This document shows positions 59,534-64,000 of a DNA stretch of 64,000 nucleotides, piece after piece. Position numbers and translations under genes: made by a program. The stretch lies in assembly GCA_017469925.1 (NCBI GenBank), contig JAFUFK010000003.1:13281-77280 (forward strand), written 5' to 3'. Each line of letters opens with the position of its first letter. Within the stretch, counting starts at the first letter, position 1. The stretch is from Bacteroidaceae bacterium. GTDB lineage: Bacteria; Bacteroidota; Bacteroidia; Bacteroidales; Bacteroidaceae. The notes under the pieces are model-generated. The model was not told where the DNA came from. It made no database searches and saw only the letters and a list, made by a program, of their open reading frames with translations.

Positions 59534-60760
59534 TTATTCGTAACGCAGGGTGAGGAGGCGGGAGGGATGGAACGTGGCCTGGGCCACGTCGAGAAGTTGC
59601 TGGGCGGTGAGCCGGTCGATGGAGTCGCAGAGTTGCCGAAGGGTCTGCGTGGTGCCGAGGTGGAGCATGCGGCGCCCCATGCCGATGGCCACGTTCTCGC
59701 CGTTCTCCCAGGCCAGGGCCACCTGGCCCTTCAACTGGCGCTTGGCGGCCTGTAGGGCCGAGGGCGAGAGGGGTGCGTCGCAGAGGCGTTGGAGTTCGGT
59801 GCGGACGAGGCGCAGACAGCGCTCCACATCCTTGTGGTCGCAACCGAAGTAGGTCTGCCAGAGTCCCGTGTCGGTGTAGCCCGCCATGGAACTCTCTACG
59901 GTATAGACGAGTCCGCGGCGCTCGCGCAGGGCGAGGTTGAGCCGCGAGTTCATGCCCGGGCCGCCCAGGAGGTTGTTGAGCAGGTAGAGGCTCGTGTAGT
60001 GCGGGTCGCCCATCGGATAGGCCTGACAGCCCAGGACGACGTGGGCCTGGTGGGTGTGCTTCGGGATAAGGGTGACTCCACCCCCCTGTCCCTCCCGAGG
60101 GAGGGGAGTGGTTAGCGTGGGTTGCTCAATGTCTGGCTGGCATATATTCCCCTCCATGACAGGGAGGGGTAAGGGGAGAGTCCGCAGGGTCACGTCGCCC
60201 AGCACGAACAGCACCATGCGCTCGGGGCGATAGAGGCGACGGGTGAAGCGCAGGAGGTCGTCGCGACGGTACTGGCGCAGGCGGTCGGCCGAGCCCAGTA
60301 TGTTGCGCCCCAGGGGGTGACAGGGGAAGAGGAGCCGGTCGAAGTCGTCGTAGATGAGTTCCGACGGGGAGTCGTTGTAACTCTCGATTTCGTCGATGAC
60401 GACCTCTGCCTCGCGCTCCAGTTCGCGCTCGGGGAAGGTGCTGTGGAGGGTAATGTCGAACAGGAGGTCGAGGGCCCGGCCGAGGTGCTGACGCAACGTC
60501 GAGCAGTAATATATGGTGTGCTCCTTGCCCGTATAGGCATTCAGGTCGCCACCGACCGACTCCATACGGTTGAGTATGTGCCAGGCGCGGCGGCGCTCGG
60601 TGCCCTTGAACGACATGTGCTCGATGAAATGGGCCATTCCGGACTCGCTGTCGGTCTGGTGGCGAGTGCCTGCCTCGACGGCAATGCCACAATAGACCAC
60701 CTGTCCGGGGCGGTGGTCGATGACAATGCGCAGGCCGTTGTCTAAGGTTGTTGTTTCCAT
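59534..60760 (-). CDS. M16 (pitrilysin/insulinase) family zinc peptidase
   Basis: ORF 59534-60910 trimmed to ATG 60760 (METTTLDNGLRIV). It carries the inverted zinc motif HFIEH (HxxEH) followed by MSFKGT. Confidence 0.8.
   Translation of the reverse strand: METTTLDNGLRIVIDHRPGQVVYCGIAVEAGTRHQTDSESGMAHFIEHMSFKGTERRRAWHILNRMESVGGDLNAYTGKEHTIYYCSTLRQHLGRALDLLFDITLHSTFPERELEREAEVVIDEIESYNDSPSELIYDDFDRLLFPCHPLGRNILGSADRLRQYRRDDLLRFTRRLYRPERMVLFVLGDVTLRTLPLPLPVMEGNICQPDIEQPTLTTPLPREGQGGGVTLIPKHTHQAHVVLGCQAYPMGDPHYTSLYLLNNLLGGPGMNSRLNLALRERRGLVYTVESSMAGYTDTGLWQTYFGCDHKDVERCLRLVRTELQRLCDAPLSPSALQAAKRQLKGQVALAWENGENVAIGMGRRMLHLGTTQTLRQLCDSIDRLTAQQLLDVAQATFHPSRLLTLRYE
60072..60186. repeat. diverged copy of the GC-rich inverted-repeat element embedded in frame in the M16 CDS
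   Basis: GTGACTCCACCCCCCTGTCCCTCCCGAGGGAGGGGAG aligns by eye at roughly 75-80 percent to the left arm at 57267-57303. A right-arm-like segment TTCCCCTCCATGACAGGGAGGGGTAAGGGGAGAGTCCGC follows a 39-nt spacer ending in GCATATA. Confidence 0.55.
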
Positions 60761-61278
60761 AAGTAAAGTACGGACTCGGGGCCCATGTTGAAGAGGAGAT
60801 CGACGATGCTGAGGTCGGGCATGAACCCACAGCGGTCGGAGAAGAGTTGGTAGTAGGGCAAGGGCCGCCCGCCTTTCGCAGGCAGGGAGGCTATGTCTAT
60901 CAGTTCGCACACTTTCTCCTGAAGGACTTGATTGAAATCTATCAGAAACTCGTACTTCTTTTCATAAAAAGGGGCGAATTCATCGGCATAAAATTCAAAA
61001 AAGGGTGTACGCCCATAACTGCTCTTCAAGGCATTCCAATGGAGATGGCGCCACTGGCCATGGTCGCTGATGCGAATGTCGCGCATGGGAGTGCGGTAAG
61101 GCACGAACTTGACCACAGGTATGGAAAGAGCCAATGGCCCGTTAGGCGAGGCTATGTAGCATCGGTTCCTAAGCGTTTGTTTGCGATAAGGCTCATCGGT
61201 GTCGATGCTGTATGTCTCGCCCTGCGCCAACTGGGCGTAGTACGAAATGGGGGCAAGGTAGTAGCTGGGAAGAAGCAT
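60742..61278 (-). CDS. WbqC family protein
   Basis: ORF 60742-61299 trimmed to ATG 61278 (MLLPSYYLAPISYYAQL...YRKQTLRNRCYI...LSIPV), the characteristic WbqC-like N-terminus. Confidence 0.7.
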   Translation of the reverse strand: MLLPSYYLAPISYYAQLAQGETYSIDTDEPYRKQTLRNRCYIASPNGPLALSIPVVKFVPYRTPMRDIRISDHGQWRHLHWNALKSSYGRTPFFEFYADEFAPFYEKKYEFLIDFNQVLQEKVCELIDIASLPAKGGRPLPYYQLFSDRCGFMPDLSIVDLLFNMGPESVLYLWKQQP

Positions 61279-62726
61279 CAGCGAATGTTGTCCACCCAAC
61301 GGAACAGGCGGTTCCAGCGGATACCGCCGTCGAAGAGGCTGTAGTCCTTGTTACGCGACATCCATATCATGACGGGCTTGCCCACGATGTGGTCCTCGGG
61401 CACGAATCCCCACATGCGCGAGTCGGCCGAGTTGTGGCGGTTGTCGCCCTGCATCCAGTAGTAGTCCATCTTGAAGGTGTAGGACTGGGCTCGCTCGCCG
61501 TTGATGAGGATGTCGCCCTGGTCGGTGACCTCCAGCGTGTTGCCCTCATAGATACGGATGCAGCGCTCATAGACGGGCAGGTTGTCGAGGTTCAGTGTGA
61601 TGCTGGCTCCCTTGGCCGGAATCCAGATGGGGCCGTAGTTATCGACCGTCCAACCCTTGTGACCGTTGAGGGGATAGATTTCCTCGGTGCTGGTCTTGAC
61701 CTCCGGCTCGACGCTGCTCACGAGGTCGGGACGGGCACGCATGGCCTCCACCATCTTCTCCGTCAGGGGGCAGACGCCCGACTGATAGAGGTCCTTGTAG
61801 TCGTCGAACGAAAGGCCGATTTCGCGGATGAAGTCGTCGGGCAGAGAGGCGCCGACGAGTTGTACGCGGTAGTTGAACTGCACGTTGTCGGGCACCTTAT
61901 TGGGCTGACCGTCGATATAAACCATGCGGTCGCGCACCTCGAGGGTCTGGCCGGGCAGGCCGACGCAGCGCTTCACATAGTTCTCGCGCCGATCGACGGG
62001 ACGCCACGTTACCTGGCCATACTCGCCGGGGTACGACTTCACGTAGTTGCTGCCAAGGGCGTAGAACTGTTCAAACTGCCGGCGGCGGGCCAGGGCATCG
62101 AGGGCATCGAGATCGACCTTGCCGAAGTTCTGCTCATAGAGTTGACGGCCAAAACTGTAGCACATGATGTAGTAGTCGGCATTCTGATAGTTCAGGGCCA
62201 CGCTGTCGCCCGAGGGGTAGTTGAAGACGACGATATCGTTCTGCTTCACGGGCTTTGGCGATACGCGCTTGTACTTCCACTGCGGCCACTCGATGTAGCT
62301 CTTGCTGCCGAAGACAGGCAGGGTATGCTGGCACAGGGGCATCGAGAGCGGTGTCATCGGGGCACGCGGCCCGTAGGCCGTCTTCGAGACGTAGAGGTAG
62401 TCGCCGACGAGCAGGCTCTTCTCCAAACTGCTCGATGGAATGGTGTAATTTTGGAAAAAATAGATGTTGACGAAATAGACGGCTACGAGGGCAAAGACGA
62501 TGGCATCGACCCAACTCATGAGCGTGCGGGTGACGGGATTCTCGAGTTCCTTCCACCAGCCCCACTTAATCTTGCGGGTGACGTAGGCGTCGAAGGTCAG
62601 CGGCACGGCGATGTAGCCCCACCAGGGGGCCTTTATCCAGAAAAGGAACACGAGCATGAGCACGGTAAACACGATTCCGTAGGCCCAGTCTTTCCAGGTG
62701 CGAGGCTTTTGTTCTGACTTTTTCAT
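61278..62726 (-). CDS. lepB: signal peptidase I (long Bacteroidota form)
   Basis: S26 motifs IPSSSLEKSLLVGDYLYVSK, YVKRCVGLPGQTLEV, GDNRHNSADSRMWGFVPEDHIVGKP. Confidence 0.85.
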   Translation of the reverse strand: MKKSEQKPRTWKDWAYGIVFTVLMLVFLFWIKAPWWGYIAVPLTFDAYVTRKIKWGWWKELENPVTRTLMSWVDAIVFALVAVYFVNIYFFQNYTIPSSSLEKSLLVGDYLYVSKTAYGPRAPMTPLSMPLCQHTLPVFGSKSYIEWPQWKYKRVSPKPVKQNDIVVFNYPSGDSVALNYQNADYYIMCYSFGRQLYEQNFGKVDLDALDALARRRQFEQFYALGSNYVKSYPGEYGQVTWRPVDRRENYVKRCVGLPGQTLEVRDRMVYIDGQPNKVPDNVQFNYRVQLVGASLPDDFIREIGLSFDDYKDLYQSGVCPLTEKMVEAMRARPDLVSSVEPEVKTSTEEIYPLNGHKGWTVDNYGPIWIPAKGASITLNLDNLPVYERCIRIYEGNTLEVTDQGDILINGERAQSYTFKMDYYWMQGDNRHNSADSRMWGFVPEDHIVGKPVMIWMSRNKDYSLFDGGIRWNRLFRWVDNIR

Positions 62727-62730
62727 TTAT

Positions 62731-62760
62731 TGTGAATTATGAATTGTGAATTGTGAATTG
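62731..62760. repeat. 7-nt-periodic tandem repeat (TGTGAAT TATGAAT TGTGAAT TGTGAAT) at the dapB/lepB junction
   Basis: The dapB stop (62737-62739) lies inside the array, which ends 4 nt from the lepB start codon (62726). Confidence 0.85.
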
Positions 62761-63507
62761 AAACAAGTCTTCCATGGTGAGCAGGCCCGAATGTTGGGCC
62801 GTGTATTCGGCTGCCAACACGGCGCCGAGGGCAAAGCCGCGACGGTTGTGGGCCGAGTGGGTGATGGTAATCTCGTCGGCCTCGGAGTCCCAGGTAATGG
62901 AGTGGATGCCCGGTACTTCGCCCCGGCGGACGCTGTCGATGCGCAACTGGTCGGCCGGCACGTCGGCAGTGCCCTCCACCGTGCCATCGGGCTGCGTAAG
63001 TTGGCCCATCTGCCAACCGCCGAGCCTCGGGACCTCGGCGGTCAGTTCCTCGGCCAGGGTGATGGCCGTGCCACTGGGATGGTCGAGCTTGTGGATGTGG
63101 TGGACCTCCTCTATCCGGGGTGTGTACGAGGGGAACTGGTTCATGATGCGTGCCAGATAGCGATTGACGGCGCGGAAGATGGTTACGCCCAGGCTGAAGT
63201 TTGAACTCCAGAAGAGCGTCTCCCCCCCTTCGGTGCAAAGACGGCGCACCTCCTCACCGTGCTCCTTGAGCCAACCCGTCGAGCCGCTGACCACCTTCAC
63301 GTTATGACGGAAGGCACGCAGATAGTTGTCGAAGGCTACATGAGGAGCGGTGAATTCGATGGCCACGTCGGCCGAACGGAACTGGGGACTGTCGAAGTCT
63401 TGCTGATTGTCAATATCTATGATGCTGACAATCTCATGGCCACGGCTGAGGGCGATTTCCTCTATCATGCGCCCCATCTTCCCGTAGCCGATTAGTGCTA
63501 TTTTCAT
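62737..63507 (-). CDS. dapB: 4-hydroxy-tetrahydrodipicolinate reductase
   Basis: MKIALIGYGKMGRMIEE..., EVHHIHKLDHPSGTA (E-x-HH-x-K-x-D-x-PSGTA). The C-terminal tail FQFTIHNS is encoded by the heptamer repeat. Confidence 0.9.
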   Translation of the reverse strand: MKIALIGYGKMGRMIEEIALSRGHEIVSIIDIDNQQDFDSPQFRSADVAIEFTAPHVAFDNYLRAFRHNVKVVSGSTGWLKEHGEEVRRLCTEGGETLFWSSNFSLGVTIFRAVNRYLARIMNQFPSYTPRIEEVHHIHKLDHPSGTAITLAEELTAEVPRLGGWQMGQLTQPDGTVEGTADVPADQLRIDSVRRGEVPGIHSITWDSEADEITITHSAHNRRGFALGAVLAAEYTAQHSGLLTMEDLFQFTIHNS

Positions 63508-63530
63508 CGTTTGTTAAATATTTTCGAGTG

Positions 63531-63538
63531 CAAAGATA
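63531..63538 (-). promoter_or_regulatory. -7 promoter box (TATCTTTG on the minus strand) for dapB-lepB
   Basis: Matches the TAnnTTTG consensus, 24 nt upstream of the dapB start. Confidence 0.5.
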
Positions 63539-63559
63539 GGTAATTCACGACAAAAACCG

Positions 63560-63567
63560 TACTTTTG
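63560..63567 (+). promoter_or_regulatory. -7 promoter box (TACTTTTG) for the DUF2851 gene
   Basis: Matches the TAnnTTTG consensus, 26 nt upstream of GTG 63593 and divergent from the dapB promoter. Confidence 0.45.
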
Positions 63568-63592
63568 TTAGGTATTTTTAAGAATTATTTAC

Positions 63593-64000
63593 GTGGAGAA
63601 GCTCCTACACTACGTCTGGAAACATAAATTATTGCCTCTGAAGGCCCTGCTAACGACCGACGGACAGGAGGTGGAAATCATCGACCCGGGACTGGCCAAC
63701 CAGAACCAAGGCCCCGACTTCTTCAATGCCAAGGTGCGACTGGGCGATACGGTATGGGCGGGCAATGTGGAGATTCACCTGCGCTCGAGCGACTGGTTCC
63801 GGCACGGGCATGAGGGCGACGAGGCCTACGACAGCGTTATCCTGCACGTGGCCAGCGTCATCGACTGCGACGTAACGACCAGCAGCGGGAAACGACTACC
63901 TCAGTTGCAACTCGACATCCCCGCAGAACTGCATCAGCGCTACGAAATCCTGAGAAAGACCGAGGACTACCCCCGTTGCTACCACATCATCCCGGGGTTG
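63593..64000 (+). CDS. DUF2851 family protein, N-terminal part (3' end outside window)
   Basis: This ORF is open to the window edge and so is not in the ORF track. Hand translation from GTG 63593 gives (M)EKLLHYVWKHKLLPLKALLTTDGQEVEIIDPGLANQNQGPDFFNAKVRLGDTVWAGNVEIHLRSSDWFRHGHEGDEAYDSVILHV. An in-frame TAG lies at 63569-63571. Confidence 0.6.
   Translation, partial: MEKLLHYVWKHKLLPLKALLTTDGQEVEIIDPGLANQNQGPDFFNAKVRLGDTVWAGNVEIHLRSSDWFRHGHEGDEAYDSVILHVASVIDCDVTTSSGKRLPQLQLDIPAELHQRYEILRKTEDYPRCYHIIPGL

Overview
About 64 kb of a GC-rich Bacteroidota chromosome, probably Prevotellaceae-like. The lineage call rests on a SusC/SusD pair, T9SS C-terminal sorting domains, and TAnnTTTG -7 promoter boxes in front of most transcription units.

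Gene content, left to right:
- The 3' end of a deoxynucleoside kinase gene.
- A GH92 mannosidase fused to a GH28-like domain.
- A visibly AT-rich island of about 7.5 kb. It holds a TPR-HTH membrane regulator, a DUF3244-like protein, a small T9SS-CTD protein, a 1978-aa SpvB/FG-GAP/RHS polymorphic toxin with an unclassified C-terminal domain, and a candidate immunity gene.
- rfbA-rfbD-rfbB (no rfbC) and tRNA-Ser(CGA).
- A 22.7 kb, 25-gene, single-strand, translationally coupled lipid/polyketide cluster (18031-40699). Its inventory matches aryl-polyene (APE)-type type II PKS loci: 4 KS/CLF-like proteins, 3 ACPs, KR, 2 hot-dog dehydratases, thioesterase, O-methyltransferase, LpxL-like acyltransferase, GT2, LolA-like protein and MMPL. 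It also carries extra modules: two CrtI-like flavoenzymes, an adenylating enzyme with its own ACP, PlsC/PlsB-type acyltransferases including an MMPL-PlsC fusion, and an alpha/beta hydrolase. No recognisable aryl-starter genes are present.
- An N-glycan-type PUL (SusC, SusD, GH85-like ENGase with T9SS CTD).
- comM, a 1677-aa M60-like peptidase ending in a dockerin, a CXXC-less thioredoxin-fold lipoprotein, and an OmpA/TPR lipoprotein.
- M16 peptidase, WbqC, lepB and dapB, then the 5' part of a DUF2851 gene.

Non-genic signals worth a second look:
- 7-nt-periodic tandem repeats at five gene junctions, one tRNA promoter and inside two CDSs.
- A 4 x 22-bp phased palindrome array.
- A roughly 122-bp GTTAAC-rich palindromic element in two copies with compensatory arm substitutions.
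- A GC-rich 37-bp inverted-repeat element enclosing a promoter box and a start codon, plus a diverged copy inside the M16 gene.

No rRNA, CRISPR, transposase, integrase or phage genes were seen. All family calls come from motif recognition by eye; no database search was run.
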